64,000 bases of DNA from Acidobacteriota bacterium (GTDB taxonomy: Bacteria; Acidobacteriota; UBA890; WLXD01), in contig CBDFKD010000002.1 in the NCBI GenBank assembly GCA_965248695.1, positions 4,416,001-4,480,000 of the forward strand, given 5' to 3'. The position numbers and the translations under genes are program-made. Below the pieces are notes generated by a model that searched no databases, was not told where the DNA came from, and saw only the letters and a list, made by a program, of their open reading frames with translations. Shown here in pieces: positions 40,253-52,531 of the stretch. Each line of letters opens with the position of its first letter. The stretch's first letter is position 1.

Positions 40253-41200
40253 TCACCTTCTCTCTACACCGGGAAGCACACAGAGCATCTCGAACAGGAT
40301 GTTGGCCCCGGTCAGCGCCGTCGTACCAGAAGTGTCATAGGGCGGCGAGACCTCCACCAGATCTCCGCCGATGATGTTCAGGCCGTGGCAGCCCCGGACG
40401 ATCTCCAGGCCCTGGATCGTGGTCAACCCGCCGATCTCCGGCGTCCCGGTACCGGGCGCGTACGCCGGATCGAGGCTGTCGATATCGAAGCTCAGATACA
40501 CGGGTCCGGCGCCGAGTTGTTCGCGGACCTCGTCCATCAACGGGGTCAGTGGCCGGTGCCAGCACGCCTCCGCCTCGACAACCCTGATGCCCTGTTGCCT
40601 GGACCAGTCGAAGTCATCGGGCGCGTAGCCGCTTCCGCGGACGCCGATTTGCACACTGCGGCTCGTGTCGATGAGACCTTCTTCGACCGCGCGTCGAATC
40701 GGGGTTCCGTGCGCGATGTCCTCACCGAACATCTTGTCGTTTATGTCGGTATGTGCGTCGACGTGGATCAGGCCTACCGGACCGTGCTTGGCGCGCATGG
40801 CGCGCAGAATCGGCAACACGATCGTGTGATCGCCACCCAGCGTGAGGGGTACGCAATCGTGCGCCAGGATCTCGTCGTAGGACGCCGTGATGATGTCGAC
40901 CGAGGCTCTCAGGTTGAAAGTGTTGATCGCCACGTCGCCGACGTCGGCGACGGTCAGCGAATCGAACGGCGCGGCGCGCGTGGCCATCTGGTAGGGGCGG
41001 ATCAGCGCGGACTCGAGCCGAATGTGGCGCGGCCCGTGGCGCGTACCGGCCCGGTTGGAGGCGCCGATGTCCATCGGCACGCCAACGAAGCAAGCGTCCA
41101 GGCCGGCAGCGTCCGGTCTGGCCGGCAGCCGCATCATGGTGCCGGGGCCGCCGAAGCGGGGCATCTCGTTGCCCCCGAGAGGCTGGTTGCGCTCGGGCAT
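40253..41200 (-). CDS. speB: Agmatinase / guanidinobutyrase (GbuA-like ureohydrolase)
   Basis: 'QPLGGNEMPRFGG', 'GGDH', 'DAHTD', 'SFDIDSLDP..APGTGTP', 'VEVSP'; true substrate not determinable from sequence alone. Confidence 0.88.
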   Translation of the reverse strand: MPERNQPLGGNEMPRFGGPGTMMRLPARPDAAGLDACFVGVPMDIGASNRAGTRHGPRHIRLESALIRPYQMATRAAPFDSLTVADVGDVAINTFNLRASVDIITASYDEILAHDCVPLTLGGDHTIVLPILRAMRAKHGPVGLIHVDAHTDINDKMFGEDIAHGTPIRRAVEEGLIDTSRSVQIGVRGSGYAPDDFDWSRQQGIRVVEAEACWHRPLTPLMDEVREQLGAGPVYLSFDIDSLDPAYAPGTGTPEIGGLTTIQGLEIVRGCHGLNIIGGDLVEVSPPYDTSGTTALTGANILFEMLCVLPGVERR

Positions 41201-41487
41201 CGAATCGTCCTTCGAGACAGAGAGAGCGCCATGACGATACCAGCCCCGCCTCAGCGGAGTTGCTTGATCCACGGATACCGCAGGTACGCCAGCTGGAAGC
41301 CCTGGCGGCAGAGGTTGCGGTACGACGTCAGGGGCATCCGGGCGCGGTAGAGCCGATCTAGGTGATGAACTGCGGGGGTGTTTGAAGGGGGGTACAGAAT
41401 TGACCTAACGGTTCGCGCCGCCGGTTGCTAGTCTGGTGACGGATCCAACCATCGGCCGCTCCCGCTTCGGACCAGGAGGGTTCCACG

Positions 41488-41733
41488 GTGGCGGCGGTGT
41501 TTGAAGTCGGACAAGGCGATCGGTTCTGGGAAGTCCACGCCCACGATGGCATCTACCGCGTTTACGCTCAGAGCGCGAAGATCATCGGCAATCGGGGCAC
41601 TCTGCTGCTGCACACTGGCGGCAACGCCGTGGCGTTGTTCTCCTGCGAGGCATGGTCGTTCGTGTACGAAGGTGGACGTACCCGGCCACTCGGGGAGCAG
41701 CCGGAGTCACCCGCCGCGCCGCCGGCCGACTGA
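41488..41733 (+). CDS. Small hypothetical protein
   Basis: AGGAGG before GTG; 81 aa. Confidence 0.5.
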   Translation: MAAVFEVGQGDRFWEVHAHDGIYRVYAQSAKIIGNRGTLLLHTGGNAVALFSCEAWSFVYEGGRTRPLGEQPESPAAPPAD

Positions 41734-41824
41734 TCCAGGCGCCACGCCCCTTCACATTCGGTCGCCCTTCGCTGAGAATCGCCGGCATAAGATCGCCCAC
41801 GGTGGATTTCGCGAAGGGGGTTGG

Positions 41825-43726
41825 ATGAGATCGGAAGCGCGCCGCGCCCGCTCGTCGTGCGCGTTGGTCGCGGGGCTCGCGACGCTTGCCGCCCTCGTGC
41901 CGGCATCGCAGGAGATCGTGGTCAGATACCCCGACCCAGACATTGGTGAGCAGACGTTGGACGCCCGTGGCGCCGCGCAGCTCGCTGCCGCCGATGAACT
42001 GGGGGTCGTGCACGGATTCCGTTTCGTCGACCAGCTTCCGAACAGTGGCATCACGTTTCGCAATCGCGTAGTCGACGACGCGGCACGGACCTACAAGGCG
42101 GCGCACTACGACCACGGGACCGGGCTGGCGATCGCCGACGTCGACGGTGACGGGTTGCTCGACCTCTACTTCGTCAATCAGATCGGCGCCAACGAGCTGT
42201 GGCGAAACCTCGGATCCGGTCGGTTCGAGGACGCTACCGAGCGTGCCGGTGTGGGACGGGCCGACGTCGTCAGCGTCGGCGCTTCGTTCGCGGACATCGA
42301 CAACGACGGCGACGCCGATCTGTTCGTGACCAGCGTGCGGGGAGGTAATGCGTTGTACGAGAACCTCGGAGGTGGTGAGTTCCGCGATATCTCCGCGTCT
42401 GCCGGCGTCGACTACGTCGGCCATTCCTCCGGCGCCGTCTTCCTCGACTACGACGGCGATGGCCTGCTTGATCTGTTCGTGACCAACGTTGGCACCTATA
42501 CGAGCGACGATCGTGGCGACGGCTTCTACCGCGCGCTTGAAGATGCCTTCCAGGGACATCTATTCCCCGAGCGCAACGAGCGCAGCATCCTCTACCGCAA
42601 CCTGGGTGGCAACGTCTTCGATGACGCGTCGGCCAGGGCCGGGCTGATCGACGAGTCGTGGAGCGGCGACGCCAGCATCGTCGACTTCGACGCCGACGGT
42701 GATCCCGATGTCTACGTGCTCAACATGCAGGGCAGCGATCACTACTACGAGAACGACGGTGGCGTGTTCGCAGACCGTACCGCGGGCAGCTTTCCACGGA
42801 CTCCGTGGGGCGCCATGGGCATCAAGACGTTCGACTACGACAACGACGGTGATCTCGATCTGTTCCTGACCGACATGCATTCGGACATGAACGATGAGGT
42901 AGGGCCGGGAGGAGAGTCGGACAAACAGCGCTTCCGTTACTTCTATCAGGAGGCGTTCGCCCACATCATGGGGAACGCCGTCTATCGCAACGACGGCGGG
43001 GGAGCCTTCACGGAGGTATCGGATGCTGTCGGTCTGGAGAATTTTTGGCCGTGGGGTACCAGCGTTGGCGACGTCAACGCCGATAGCTGGGAGGACGTCT
43101 TCATCGCCACGAGCATGAACTACCCGTTCCGCTATCAGATCAACTCCCTGCGGCTCAACCGGCGGGGGGAGGATTTCGCTGCCGCGGAATTCGTGCTCGG
43201 GATCGAGCCTCGCCGTGACGGTCGGCTGCGGGCACCCTGGTTCGAGGTGGACTGTGGCGCCGCCGACCTTCCGGACACCGACCTGATCGCCGCTCACTGC
43301 ACCGACCAGGATGGGCCTGTCGGCGTTTTGGGCACGATGGGAACGCGGACGTCGGCGATCGCTGATTTGGACCAAGACGGCGATCTGGATATCGTCACTG
43401 GCGAGTTCAACTCGGAGCCACAGCTGCTCATCAGCGATCTCGCCGCGCGGTTGGAGATCAACTGGTTGCAGGTGGCGCTCGAAGGGGCAACGTCGAACCG
43501 CGACGGGCTCGGGGCCCGGGTCGCCGTTGACACGGCCGCCGGCCGCCAGACTCGCCTGCATGACGGCAAGTCGGGATACCTCTCGCAGAGCTCGATGCCG
43601 CTGTACTTTGGGCTCGGCGAATCCACGTCGGTCGATCGCGTGGTGGTCACCTGGCCGGGCGGGACGAGCCAGGTGGTCGACGGGCCGATCGCGGCCAATC
43701 AGTTGTTGCGAATCCGGCAGCGGTAG
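41825..43726 (+). CDS. CRTAC1/ASPIC-UnbV family protein with FG-GAP repeats
   Basis: Many 'DxDxDGxxDL' repeats; C-terminal 'NRDGLGARV...GYLSQS...FGLG...VTWPGG'. Confidence 0.92.
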   Translation: MRSEARRARSSCALVAGLATLAALVPASQEIVVRYPDPDIGEQTLDARGAAQLAAADELGVVHGFRFVDQLPNSGITFRNRVVDDAARTYKAAHYDHGTGLAIADVDGDGLLDLYFVNQIGANELWRNLGSGRFEDATERAGVGRADVVSVGASFADIDNDGDADLFVTSVRGGNALYENLGGGEFRDISASAGVDYVGHSSGAVFLDYDGDGLLDLFVTNVGTYTSDDRGDGFYRALEDAFQGHLFPERNERSILYRNLGGNVFDDASARAGLIDESWSGDASIVDFDADGDPDVYVLNMQGSDHYYENDGGVFADRTAGSFPRTPWGAMGIKTFDYDNDGDLDLFLTDMHSDMNDEVGPGGESDKQRFRYFYQEAFAHIMGNAVYRNDGGGAFTEVSDAVGLENFWPWGTSVGDVNADSWEDVFIATSMNYPFRYQINSLRLNRRGEDFAAAEFVLGIEPRRDGRLRAPWFEVDCGAADLPDTDLIAAHCTDQDGPVGVLGTMGTRTSAIADLDQDGDLDIVTGEFNSEPQLLISDLAARLEINWLQVALEGATSNRDGLGARVAVDTAAGRQTRLHDGKSGYLSQSSMPLYFGLGESTSVDRVVVTWPGGTSQVVDGPIAANQLLRIRQR

Positions 43727-43733
43727 GGATCGA

Positions 43734-45137
43734 ATGTTCCGATACGCGCGTCTGACGTACCTGCGCCGCTCCGGTAATCCGCACGCCGAGGCAGGGGTCG
43801 TCGCCTGCGCGCTGAGCAGCGTGGCTGCCGTGCTCCTGACGTCGGTGGTGGCCGCTGGCTCACCAACGTTGACACAGCAGACCGAGGCGCTCGATCGAAT
43901 CCTTCGCGAGTGGGATACCAAGCTCGAGAAGATGGAGCTGCACCTGCAGAAAGCAATGCGGCGCAACGACATCGATATGTGGCTCATCATGAGCCGCGAG
44001 TTCAACCTCGACCCGATGCTCGACCTGTTCGGCGCGTACGGTGTCTCCGGTTGGTACGGGCACCGCAACGCCTACATCTTTCGCGATCCTGGCGGCGACG
44101 CGCCGCTGGAGCGCGTACTGATAGGCACTCATCAAAGCGGGCGCATGCGCGAGTTCTTCCCGCGCATCGTGCCGTACGGTGAGGAGGGACTGGAGCCCCA
44201 TCTGCGCGCCTATGTTGCCGGCGTCGACCCACAGCGAATCGCCGTCAATCGGTCGCGCACAGTGGCGATGGCCGACGGCTTGACGGCGGAGATGCTGAGT
44301 TACCTCGAGCGCTCGATCGGGTCGCCGTATGTCTCGCGTCTGGTGTCGTCACAGAATCTGATCTTCGACTACATCAGCCACCGGACCCCGGCCGAGCTGG
44401 CGATCGAGACCGAGGCGAGCTGGCGTACCTGGCACATCCTGCGGCGCGCGTTTTCCAACGAGGTGATCGTGCCGGGCACGACGCGGCTGATGGACGTGTA
44501 TGGCTGGATCGTCCAGGAATGGCAGCGGCAGGATCTGGAGTTCAACTTTCCGCCCGGGATCACCATCTACCGACATGGTGTGGAAAGTGGCATCGACGAC
44601 ACCGACAACCCGGTGATCGAACCCGGAGACCTGCTGCATGTGGACTTCGGCGTGCGCCTCATGGGGCTGGTGACCGATCAGCAGCACCTGGCGTATGTCC
44701 TGCGCTCACAGGAGACGGCGCCGCCAGCTGGTCTGCAGGAGCTGTTCCGACAGTCCGTCGTGGTGGCCGAGATCTACGCTGACGAGCTCACGCCCGGGCG
44801 ACTGGGGCACCGCGTCAAGGCGGTGGTCGAAGAGCGTGCCGAGCACGAGGGTATCGAAGCATCGGTCTACGGGCACACACAGGGCAACTGGGTACATGGT
44901 GCTGGCGCGCGCACGGTGTTCGACTGGCCCGATCGCTACGGTGACTTCGCGCGCGAGCCCGTTCGTCCGACCGAGTTCTGGTCGATCGAGTTCAGCGTCA
45001 GCGGGACGGTCCCCGAGTGGGGCGGGCAGAGGGTGCGGATCCCCCGCGAGGAGGATGCGGTGGTGCAGGCCGACAACGGCGGGGTGCGCTTCCTGGTCGG
45101 TCCGCAGACCGAGCTTTGGCTGATCAAGAGCCAGTAG
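43734..45137 (+). CDS. M24 family metallopeptidase (secreted)
   Basis: 'GDLLHVDFG', 'TDQQH', 'GH..G..VHG', 'SIE', 'EED' metal-ligand pattern. Confidence 0.85.
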   Translation: MFRYARLTYLRRSGNPHAEAGVVACALSSVAAVLLTSVVAAGSPTLTQQTEALDRILREWDTKLEKMELHLQKAMRRNDIDMWLIMSREFNLDPMLDLFGAYGVSGWYGHRNAYIFRDPGGDAPLERVLIGTHQSGRMREFFPRIVPYGEEGLEPHLRAYVAGVDPQRIAVNRSRTVAMADGLTAEMLSYLERSIGSPYVSRLVSSQNLIFDYISHRTPAELAIETEASWRTWHILRRAFSNEVIVPGTTRLMDVYGWIVQEWQRQDLEFNFPPGITIYRHGVESGIDDTDNPVIEPGDLLHVDFGVRLMGLVTDQQHLAYVLRSQETAPPAGLQELFRQSVVVAEIYADELTPGRLGHRVKAVVEERAEHEGIEASVYGHTQGNWVHGAGARTVFDWPDRYGDFAREPVRPTEFWSIEFSVSGTVPEWGGQRVRIPREEDAVVQADNGGVRFLVGPQTELWLIKSQ

Positions 45138-45250
45138 CGGGGCGCTGCGCGGCTTCTCAGGCGCCGTGCCCGGTCATCGGCTCCGGCACGTCGCGCTCGG
45201 CTCGAGTGCTCGAGGGTATGCTCTTCGGCGTTGGCGCTATCCGTTCGTTC

Positions 45251-46807
45251 CTAGCCGGCTACCAGATAACCTCGCGCTCGCTCCGCATAATCGGCTACCT
45301 GCTGTCGTTCCCAGCGCTCGTCATGCCCCAGCTCGCGCGCCAGAATTGCGGCTACTTTCGGCGCTGCGTCGATGCTGGCGCGCGCGTCCAACAGCAACAT
45401 GCGGGTACGTCGCGAGAGCACGTCGGAGACCGTCCGTGCCATCTCTTCGCGTGCTGCCCACACCACCTCGCAGGCGCGATGCTCGAAGCTCGGGTGCAGC
45501 AGCGCGGCGCACTCCGGATCGGCTGCGGCGAGTTGCTCGATCGACGTGGCGTCCGAACCGTAGGGCGCCAGCCTGCCGAACCGTTCGGCATGGGCGTGGT
45601 AGCCGTGCGCGTTGATCTCGCTGGTGACACACGGACGCGTGGCCAGCCCGCCCACTAGCGCCGCCTGGTCGATGGTGTCCTGTGCCATCTTCCGGTAGGT
45701 CGTCCATTTGCCTCCGGCGATCGTAACCAGGCCGGAACGCGACACGCTGACGCTATGGTCGCGCGAGATCTCGGCGGTCGATTCATCGCTGCCGGACCGC
45801 ACCAGCGGACGCAGGCCCGCGAAGACGCTGAGCACGTCGTCCGCTTGCGGATCACGCGTCAGGTAGCGGGCGCAATGGCGCAGGAGGAAGTCCACTTCCT
45901 CGGGCAACGGGCGCGGCTCGGCTTCGATCGACTCGACCGGAGTGTCGGTCGTGCCTACCAGCACGCGCCCATGCCAGGGGATGGCGAAGAGCACGCGGCC
46001 ATCGTCGGTGTGCGGCACCATGATGGCGCTCTCACCGGGCAAGAAGTCGCTATGGAGCACGATGTGGATGCCCTGGCTGGCGCGGATCATCGGCGTGACG
46101 GCGGTGTCGTCGAGCCGGCGGATCGAGTCGGAGAAGACCCCCGTAGCGTTGATCACGGCACGCGCCCGGACCTTGTACTGGGCGCCGCTCTCGAGGTCGT
46201 CGCCGATCACGCCGTCGATCAGATCGTCGCGATGCAGTAGGCCGCTGACGCGGAAGTAATTCAGCACGGTGGCGCCCTGCTCGGCGGCGGTCTGCGCCAG
46301 GTTGATGGCCAGCCTGGCGTCGTCGAACTGCCCGTCGAAGTAGAGAACGCCGCCCCGCAGCCCGTTGGTCTCGATGGTCGGGATGCGTTCGATCGTCTGC
46401 TCCCTGGATAGAAGTCGCGATGCTCCGAAACCGAGCTTGCCCGCGAGTAGGTCGTAGACCTTGAGGCCGATGCCGTAGAACGGCGCCTCCCACCAGTCGT
46501 AGTTGGGCACCACGAATTGCAGGTCGTGGACCAGGTGCGGAGCGTTGCGACGCAACAGCCCGCGCTCGTGAAGCGCTTCCGTTACCAGGGCGATGTCGCC
46601 GCGCTGCAGGTAGCGCACGCCACCGTGGGCGAGCTTGGTGCTACGGCTCGACGTTCCCTGGGCGAAGTCAGCGCGCTCCAGGAGCAACGTACGGTAGCCG
46701 CGCGCCGCTGCGTCCAGGGCACATCCCAGGCCGGTGGCGCCGCCCCCGACTACGATGATGTCCCAGCGTGGCTCGTCGAGCCGATCCAGCATCGCGTCTC
46801 GATTCAC
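45251..46807 (-). CDS. glpD: FAD-dependent glycerol-3-phosphate dehydrogenase
   Basis: 'GGGATG', '[17 protein letters not shown]', 'GGKWTTYR', 'RRTR'; GTGA overlap with glpK. Confidence 0.95.
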   Translation of the reverse strand: MNRDAMLDRLDEPRWDIIVVGGGATGLGCALDAAARGYRTLLLERADFAQGTSSRSTKLAHGGVRYLQRGDIALVTEALHERGLLRRNAPHLVHDLQFVVPNYDWWEAPFYGIGLKVYDLLAGKLGFGASRLLSREQTIERIPTIETNGLRGGVLYFDGQFDDARLAINLAQTAAEQGATVLNYFRVSGLLHRDDLIDGVIGDDLESGAQYKVRARAVINATGVFSDSIRRLDDTAVTPMIRASQGIHIVLHSDFLPGESAIMVPHTDDGRVLFAIPWHGRVLVGTTDTPVESIEAEPRPLPEEVDFLLRHCARYLTRDPQADDVLSVFAGLRPLVRSGSDESTAEISRDHSVSVSRSGLVTIAGGKWTTYRKMAQDTIDQAALVGGLATRPCVTSEINAHGYHAHAERFGRLAPYGSDATSIEQLAAADPECAALLHPSFEHRACEVVWAAREEMARTVSDVLSRRTRMLLLDARASIDAAPKVAAILARELGHDERWERQQVADYAERARGYLVAG

Positions 46808-48300
46808 GACCTCGGTCGCGCCCAGCCACGCGATCGCTGGACAGCCTCGACCCACCCGGCGCGCATGGCGGCGACGTCGTCGCGCAACGCACGCGGCTCG
46901 AACCGGGCATCGATGCCCCAGCGGCGGGCGAGCTCTTCCGTGTCGGTCCAGACGCCGGTGGCCAGGCCTGCGAGGTAGGCGGCGCCGAGCGCCGTGCACT
47001 CGAGCTGTGTGGGTCGTACCACCTGAGCGCCGATCAGGTCCGCCTGTATCTGGAGAAGCAGCGCGTTGGCCGCAGCGCCGCCGTCAACTCGGAGCTCGGG
47101 AATCTCCACTCCCGAGTCGGCGACCATCGCCTCCAACACGTCGGCAACCTGGTGGGCAATGCCTTCGAGCGTGGCCCGCGCCAGGTGGGCGGCGCTGGTG
47201 CCACGGGTGATGCCGAGCACGGCGCCACGCGCGTACGCGTCCCAGTGTGGGGCTCCCAGACCGGTAAACGCCGGGACACAGAAGACGCCACCGCTGTCAT
47301 CCACCCGGGCCGCCAGCTCCTCCACGTCGGCGGTCGAATCGATTATCCCCAGCCCGTCGCGCAGCCACTGCACTGCGGCGCCCCCGACGAACACCGCGCC
47401 CTCCAGGGCGTACGTCGGCTGACCGTCGAGGCGCCAAGCCACCGTCGTCAGCAGGCCGTTGTCGGACGCCACCGGCTTGCTCCCCGTGTTCATCAGCAGG
47501 AAGCAACCGGTACCGTACGTGTTCTTGGACATGCCCGGGCGCACGCACATCTGCCCGAAGAGGGCGGCCTGTTGATCCCCGGCGATTCCGGCCACCAGGA
47601 TGGCACCTCCGAGCAGCGCGGGCTCGGTTTCACCGTACACCTCGCTGGAGTCATGCACACTCGGCAGCACGGCGGCAGGGACTTCGAGAGCTTCGAGCAG
47701 CTCCGGGCTCCAGCATTGCTCGTGGATGTCGAACAAGAGCGTGCGCGAAGCGTTGCTGGCATCGGTGGCGTGGACCCGACCCGCGGTCAAGTTCCACAGC
47801 AACCAGGAGTCGATCGTTCCGAATGCCAGATCTCCCGATTCGGCCCGCTCACGCGCCCCTTCGACGTGGTCCAGCAACCAGGCGATCTTCGTTCCGGAGA
47901 AATACGGATCGATCTGCAGACCCGTGCGCTGGCGAAACAACTTCGCCGCCGGGCCGGCGCGGAGCTCGTCGCAGCGTTCAGCGGTACGGCGATCCTGCCA
48001 GACGATGGCGTTGTGGATGGGCTCACCGGTGCTCCGATCCCACACGACGGTGGTCTCCCGCTGATTGGTGATGCCGATCGCGGCGATGTCCTTGGCTTCC
48101 AGACCGGCCGCCATGAGGGCTTGGCGTGCCACATCCAGCTGCGTTCGCCAGATCTCGACTGCATCGTGCTCGACCCAACCCGGACACGGGAAGATCTGCT
48201 CGAATTCCTGCTGCGCCATGCCGAGGGTGGTGCCACCGCTGTCGAAGACGATCGCTCGGCTGCTCGTAGTTCCCTGATCGAGAGCGAGAACGTTGCCCAC
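46804..48300 (-). CDS. glpK: Glycerol kinase
   Basis: 'DQGTTSSR', 'TNQRET', 'WQDRRT', 'GDQQAALFG', 'KNTYGTG', 'VDGG'. Confidence 0.97.
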   Translation of the reverse strand: MGNVLALDQGTTSSRAIVFDSGGTTLGMAQQEFEQIFPCPGWVEHDAVEIWRTQLDVARQALMAAGLEAKDIAAIGITNQRETTVVWDRSTGEPIHNAIVWQDRRTAERCDELRAGPAAKLFRQRTGLQIDPYFSGTKIAWLLDHVEGARERAESGDLAFGTIDSWLLWNLTAGRVHATDASNASRTLLFDIHEQCWSPELLEALEVPAAVLPSVHDSSEVYGETEPALLGGAILVAGIAGDQQAALFGQMCVRPGMSKNTYGTGCFLLMNTGSKPVASDNGLLTTVAWRLDGQPTYALEGAVFVGGAAVQWLRDGLGIIDSTADVEELAARVDDSGGVFCVPAFTGLGAPHWDAYARGAVLGITRGTSAAHLARATLEGIAHQVADVLEAMVADSGVEIPELRVDGGAAANALLLQIQADLIGAQVVRPTQLECTALGAAYLAGLATGVWTDTEELARRWGIDARFEPRALRDDVAAMRAGWVEAVQRSRGWARPRS

Positions 48301-48352
48301 CGACACCTCCGGTTCAAGGAGCGTTATTGAGGAAGTCCGTTCACGCTCGTGG

Positions 48353-50305
48353 CTACAGGCTACCGGCGAGGATCTCCTCGGACGGGTCGAGCCGATCCCA
48401 GAGACTACCGCCAACTCCGGCCAGCGCAACGACGACGGCGACGACCGGTGCCGCACCTGCGATCCCGAGCAGGGGAAACTCCCAGGCGCTCAGGGGGATC
48501 TCCCAGAACCACAGTTGGGCTAGCAGCGTGCCACCGACCACCAACACCCCCGGAAGAAGGCCGAAGAACAGGGCGATGGACAACGCCATGAACAACAGGA
48601 GGTTGTGACCGAGCTGTGATGCCGCCTGTTTCTTGTTGCGGCCGAGCGGAACCCACCCGGGGAACGTCAGTGCGGCGAGATTCTCGAGCCCGAGCGACAG
48701 CAAAGCCACCGCCAGGCTCAGAGGAAGCACGCCGAGCACGGCAAGCGGGGTCAGCAGCAATGGTGAGACGCCGAGTGATGACGCCAGCTCCGCCTTGCCG
48801 CGTAGGTTCGATATCTCGAGCGCCTCCGCCAGCTCCCTGCTGGCGCTGAAGTCGATCAGGCCTAGCTCGAGGGCGGAATCGACCCCGATCAGGAGGAGCC
48901 CCCCGAAGGCCACCCGGAGTGCGACCAGAACGAACGGCGCAGTGACCTGGGCCAGAAACATGCGCGCGCCGCGTAGCGGCCACGGACGGATCATCTCCAG
49001 TTTGAGGAGGTCGCTGCGCAGATCGTTGCGCAGGCTACGGGTCGAGAACAAAGGCGGGAAGAGCATCAGTGCCGCGCCACCGATCTGCAGCACCCCGGCC
49101 CACCGTGCCGGCAGGATCCCGCTGGGAACAGTCGCGATCAAGAGGGCGATCACCAGCGCACCGGCGGCGACGAGGAACTTGAACGGTAGGCGCTGTGCAA
49201 GCATCAGGTTCTTCCACACGATCGCGCGCTCAGGGCTGCCACGAGAGGCCAGCTTGAAGGGGCGCCATCGTCGCCGGAGCTGAGAGCTGCGCCACAGACT
49301 GGCGGATGGGTCGGCCTCGCGGCTGCGTTGTCGAGCATGCGCAAGGGCGGCCTCCTCGAAGGTCGTTTGCCCGCGCACGACCCACTCGTTGTGGGCCACC
49401 AAGAGCAACAGCGGAACGACCCACGCGGCCGCCAACTGCGCCACGCTCGATGATCCGAAACCGGCGAACACCGGAACGATAAGCAGTAGGAACGGGGTAA
49501 GCGCCCAACCCAGGAGACCGGTCCAGGCCCGGGTGGCGTGCAGAGAGACCAACTCCACCAAGCGGTCCCGGAAGTCATCGTCGACCGCCGCCGCGAAGTC
49601 CTGCGGTGGATCGATCGACCCGCCGGGGGGCGGTGACAGTACGTCGATAGCGACCGCGTTCAGGCCGGCGATCACCGAAACCCAGAGTATGAGCAGCGCC
49701 GCCCATAGCAGCAGCCGCCGACGCCAGGCGGCGGCGGGAGGCAGCTCGGAGAGGCGCGCCAGCCAGAGTCCGCGTCCCTTCGAGTGCAGATCCCAGATGG
49801 TCATGAAAATCCAGACACCGGCGAACATTCCCAGGGCCGGGGCGAGGCCACGTGGTCGCGAGAAAAAGGTGACGATCGAAACCCCGAGCAGTACGCCGGG
49901 CTGGCTCCGGAGGATCCCGTACTGGATCAGTCGTCGGCGCGGCACAGGGGCAGGGAGCAAGAGGTGGAGCTCTGATTCGCTGAACTCCAGCGCGCTCTTG
50001 CCGAAGGGAAGCAGCCACCAAACAGTGATACCCGCTGCAAGCAACAGCGCGATGCCGAGCTGTACGGCCTGACCCAGGGGTCCGGCGAGCGCCTCGAACA
50101 CCTCCGGCGGTGGTCCGAACTGAACCTCCCCGAAGAAGTCAAAGCCGACCAGAGACCCACCGAACAGACTCGAGATCCAAAACGCAGCCCACCCGCCGCC
50201 AATCAGGAATCCGATCAGGTAGCGTGGCTGACGCAGGCGGCGCAGCGCCTGAACGAGTCGGCCGCGCACAGATCGCACCAACAAGAACGCCAGCGCGCGC
50301 GTCAA
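48353..50305 (-). CDS. Putative ABC exporter permease
   Basis: Multi-TM protein; 'F...E...L..APV.RR.L..Y', 'A..WKN', 'DLR.DL'; coupled to an ABC ATPase. Confidence 0.85.
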   Translation of the reverse strand: MTRALAFLLVRSVRGRLVQALRRLRQPRYLIGFLIGGGWAAFWISSLFGGSLVGFDFFGEVQFGPPPEVFEALAGPLGQAVQLGIALLLAAGITVWWLLPFGKSALEFSESELHLLLPAPVPRRRLIQYGILRSQPGVLLGVSIVTFFSRPRGLAPALGMFAGVWIFMTIWDLHSKGRGLWLARLSELPPAAAWRRRLLLWAALLILWVSVIAGLNAVAIDVLSPPPGGSIDPPQDFAAAVDDDFRDRLVELVSLHATRAWTGLLGWALTPFLLLIVPVFAGFGSSSVAQLAAAWVVPLLLLVAHNEWVVRGQTTFEEAALAHARQRSREADPSASLWRSSQLRRRWRPFKLASRGSPERAIVWKNLMLAQRLPFKFLVAAGALVIALLIATVPSGILPARWAGVLQIGGAALMLFPPLFSTRSLRNDLRSDLLKLEMIRPWPLRGARMFLAQVTAPFVLVALRVAFGGLLLIGVDSALELGLIDFSASRELAEALEISNLRGKAELASSLGVSPLLLTPLAVLGVLPLSLAVALLSLGLENLAALTFPGWVPLGRNKKQAASQLGHNLLLFMALSIALFFGLLPGVLVVGGTLLAQLWFWEIPLSAWEFPLLGIAGAAPVVAVVVALAGVGGSLWDRLDPSEEILAGSL

Positions 50306-51045
50306 GGCTGCTCATCCAACCCGGTTGCACGCAGAAAGATCTCTTCCAGGTCGGCATCCCCCGACAGATCCGGGATGGCGTCGCGAATCTCCTCGAGGGT
50401 GCCGGAGACCGCCAGGCGACCGTTGCTGATGATCAGGATGCGTCCACAGATCTCTTCCACGAGGTGCAACATGTGCGATGAGACCACCACCGCTCCGCCG
50501 CCCTCCGCCGTAGCGGTGATGGTTCGTTTCGTGCGGCGCATGGCGGCAGGGTCGAGGCCGGTGAGGGGCTCATCGAGGATCAGGACCTTCGGGCTATGTA
50601 GCAGCGCGCATGACAGCAGCAGCTTTTGTTTCATGCCGCGCGACAGCTCCCCGGGGAAGGCGTAGCGGCGTTCCCACAATGCGTTGTCGCGCAGCAGCGC
50701 CTCGGCACGCTCGGCGCCGTCGGCAACTTCGTACAGCCGGGCGAACAAATCGAGGTGGTCGGCGACCGTCAGATAGTCGAACAGATGGGGCTCGTCGGGA
50801 ACGAAGGCCAGGTCACGGCGTGCATCGACAGGCGCCTCAGCCAGGTCGTGGCCGCAGATACGAATGCGCCCGGAGGTGGCGGGTACAATCCCGGCCAGGC
50901 AGCGCAACGTCGTTGTCTTGCCGGCACCGTTTGGCCCCACGAGGCCGAGGATCTCACCGCCGGTAACGGCGATCGAGAGGCCATCGACGGCACGATGTCC
51001 CTCGTAGTCCTTTACCAGCTCGTCGATTTGAATCAGAGCGTCCAC
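50302..51045 (-). CDS. ABC transporter ATP-binding protein
   Basis: 'GPNGAGKTT', 'LSRGMKQK', 'LILDEP', 'SSH'. Confidence 0.95.
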   Translation of the reverse strand: MDALIQIDELVKDYEGHRAVDGLSIAVTGGEILGLVGPNGAGKTTTLRCLAGIVPATSGRIRICGHDLAEAPVDARRDLAFVPDEPHLFDYLTVADHLDLFARLYEVADGAERAEALLRDNALWERRYAFPGELSRGMKQKLLLSCALLHSPKVLILDEPLTGLDPAAMRRTKRTITATAEGGGAVVVSSHMLHLVEEICGRILIISNGRLAVSGTLEEIRDAIPDLSGDADLEEIFLRATGLDEQP

Positions 51046-51224
51046 TGGGCCATGGTACCCGCTCGGGCAGCCACATCCGACACGTTGCCCGTGGCCGGTG
51101 CCAGCCGGCGGACGAGCGGTCGTCCGCGGCGGTCGGTTGGCCGCGAACAGCGGCGGCGAGCGTGTGAATCGGCGTATCATCAGGGCTGCAACTCAGCCGT
51201 GAAGCCCACCAGGAGATCAACCGC

Positions 51225-52511
51225 ATGCCCCGAATGGTGCTGAAACGAACACCCACCGTTGCCGTTGCCCTCTGCATCAGCATGATGGCGGCGCCGGCGC
51301 TGAGTGCCGGCCCGATCCCGACACCTGCCAAGCAGGAGACCACGGCGCGTCGCATCGTGGCGATCGGCGATATCCATGGCGCCTATGACGATCTCGTTTC
51401 GGTGCTCGGTGCCAGCGGCATTATCGACGGTGACCTGAAGTGGAGCGGCGGTGACACCGTCCTGGTACAGACCGGCGACTTCATGGACCGTGGCGCTGGG
51501 GTGCGCCAGGTCATGGATTTGCTGATGCGACTGCAACACGAGGCACCGGCTGACGGAGGTGAGGTCGTCGTACTACTTGGCAATCACGAGATCATGAACC
51601 TGATCGGTGAGTTTCGGGATGCGAGCCCCGAGCAGATAGCCGAGTTCCTCGATGAAGAAGAGGACGCGGATGACGTCCTCGACAGCGCATGGGACGAGCT
51701 GCAGCGGGTCATCGAGGCGACGTCGACCGGAAGGATGTCTTCGCGCCGCCGCCGCGAGCTACGCAACAGCTGGCTGGAGAGCACGCCCGCCGATCGCATC
51801 GCCTACATCCGGGCTGTCGGACCGGACGGCTCGTACGGCGCCTGGTTGAGGACGCTGCCGCTGGCTGCGGATATTGACGGGATCGTCTTCATGCATGCGG
51901 GGGTGGCGCCGGAGATGGCTCCACGCGGCCTCGAGGCCCTCAACCAGCGGGTCGCTGCCGAGGTCGTCGCCATCGATGCCTATCGGGCCAGGCTGTTGGA
52001 GGATCGCCTGACGACGACCTTCAGTGAGCTGAGGGAGGTCCTTCGCGCCGCTGCTCAGGCCACGGGAGGCTTGGAGTGGTTCGACAACTCGAAGGCCGGC
52101 CTGCCCGAGCTGGCGCCCGCCGGCGGGAATTCACAGGATGAGCGACGAGCCTGGTACGAGGCCCTTTTTCGCATCCAGAAATGGTATGCCCTGGCCGAGC
52201 GCGGACCGTTGTGGTTTCGCGGGCTGGGGGAGTTGGCGGATCCGGACAACGCCGCGGTGCTCGAAGCGCTTCTCGGTGGGCTCGGGTCGCGCGCGATCGT
52301 CGTCGGCCACACACCTCAGATCGAAGGTATTAGCGCCCGGTTCGATGGTCGGCTATTCATGATCGACACTGGCATGCTCGCCTCGGTCTACGACGGTCGG
52401 GCGGCAGCGCTGGAGATCGATGGTGAAGCGGCGACAGCGATCTATGCGGACGGGTCCCGGGTAGAGCTCCCTGCACTGGCTGCCGCCGTCGGAAGTCCCG
52501 GCGAGCGCTGA
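51225..52511 (+). CDS. Secreted metallophosphoesterase (Shewanella-like phosphatase type)
   Basis: 'GDIHG', 'GDFMDRG', 'GNHE', 'HAG', 'GPLW.R', 'GHT', 'IDTG'; signal peptide. Confidence 0.88.
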   Translation: MPRMVLKRTPTVAVALCISMMAAPALSAGPIPTPAKQETTARRIVAIGDIHGAYDDLVSVLGASGIIDGDLKWSGGDTVLVQTGDFMDRGAGVRQVMDLLMRLQHEAPADGGEVVVLLGNHEIMNLIGEFRDASPEQIAEFLDEEEDADDVLDSAWDELQRVIEATSTGRMSSRRRRELRNSWLESTPADRIAYIRAVGPDGSYGAWLRTLPLAADIDGIVFMHAGVAPEMAPRGLEALNQRVAAEVVAIDAYRARLLEDRLTTTFSELREVLRAAAQATGGLEWFDNSKAGLPELAPAGGNSQDERRAWYEALFRIQKWYALAERGPLWFRGLGELADPDNAAVLEALLGGLGSRAIVVGHTPQIEGISARFDGRLFMIDTGMLASVYDGRAAALEIDGEAATAIYADGSRVELPALAAAVGSPGER

Positions 52512-52531
52512 TCTCGACGAGACTCGCTGCA

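Noticed and set aside
41201-41400. Guanidine riboswitch upstream of the ureohydrolase
   Set aside because: No recognisable ykkC-type or paired ACGR hairpin motif.
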